Source: Marsupella aquatica (lineage: Eukaryota; Plantae; Marchantiophyta). From it: a stretch of DNA of 64,000 nt. Shown one piece after another: positions 63,343-64,000 of the stretch. The translations under genes were made by a program, and so were the position numbers. The stretch is taken from contig OZ316891.1 in assembly GCA_973895155.1 (NCBI GenBank), positions 29,990,331 to 30,054,330 of the forward strand, read 5' to 3'. The first letter of the stretch is position 1; each line of letters begins with the position of its first letter. Below the pieces are notes generated by a model. That model was not told the origin of the DNA, did not search any database, and saw nothing but the letters and a program-made list of their open reading frames with translations.

Positions 63343-63600
63343 ATGGCTGATGTTGGGGGTACAGAGGCCCCTCATCCTGACATTGTTGGTCATGAAGCTT
63401 TGCCTCTGCACAAGACTTCTACGCCGTTAGTTTCCCGTTATTATGCAGTGTCTAGAGGCCGTAGGCCAGGCATATATGAATGTCACGAAGCCGTTGACAA
63501 ACAAGTCCTAGGTTTTAGTGGGAATAGTCATGGGTCATTTAAGACTAGAGCACAAGCGGAGGATTGGCTAAAGACACAGATCTTGGCCGGGTTGGCATAA
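63343..63600 (+). CDS. Small protein consisting of an RNase H1 N-terminal hybrid-binding (Cauli_VI-type) domain
   Basis: YYAVSRGRRPGIY...QVLGFSGNSHGSFKTRAQAEDWL matches the YYAV.xGR.PGIY.W..C..QV.G.....KSF.T..EA consensus; stop follows with no catalytic domain. Confidence 0.8.
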   Translation: MADVGGTEAPHPDIVGHEALPLHKTSTPLVSRYYAVSRGRRPGIYECHEAVDKQVLGFSGNSHGSFKTRAQAEDWLKTQILAGLA

Positions 63601-64000
63601 TTGTCAATGTAAGACTTGAGTTCATTTGAATATGAGACAAATTTGGAATTGCAGGTGATGCTGTGTGTTTGGAATAGCAGGCTAAAATTTGCGTACAATG
63701 TCTCCAATCTTGACTGGATTGACTTGGACTGTGTCATATCAACAGTCACTTTATCAATGAATCCTGGTTGTCCAAACGTCTTCCACCTGGATCAGGCAGA
63801 TACAGTTGTTCTGGATGATTTTGTCCAGACCCAAAAATAATTTGGGTAAGCTCTAAAATTGTTTTCTGATGAATGATATTCATTGATTGATTGCAGGGCA
63901 ATCGAGTTGATGTACAAGCGAGTACGTACTATAACTATCTATCGTCTTCAATTCATATGCATGTGGAGAGGTTATAGATAGCATTTCATGTACATCTTTA

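Overview
Eukaryotic, almost certainly land-plant DNA (spliceosomal GT-AG introns, plant LTR/PBS motifs, CCCTAAA telo-boxes; probably a non-seed plant), made almost entirely of nested transposable elements. (1) Three divergent, disrupted genes encode Sola-like DDD transposases (motifs DxMD, DN...NKN, GHTH..D). (2) One lies in a fully delimited 15.1-kb cargo-carrying element (46966-62100; 25-bp TIRs, 4-bp TSD TAGC). (3) Another is split in-frame by a 20.2-kb CACTA/EnSpm element (9308-29506; CACAAGG termini, AAA TSD) that itself holds two solo LTRs. The most notable pattern: two separate Sola-like regions each carry a ParB/Srx-like gene (GGQH / GGNH; one fused to a degenerate DNA amino-methyltransferase-like segment and NIF/FCP1 phosphatase-like domains). 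Each region is also dotted, in introns and intergenic DNA, with many copies of its own palindrome (CGATAAATTTATCG vs CACAACCCGCGGGTTGTG-like). This suggests a TE-encoded protein/cognate-site (parS-like or anti-silencing) system. All domain calls are by-eye motif recognition, not database searches.
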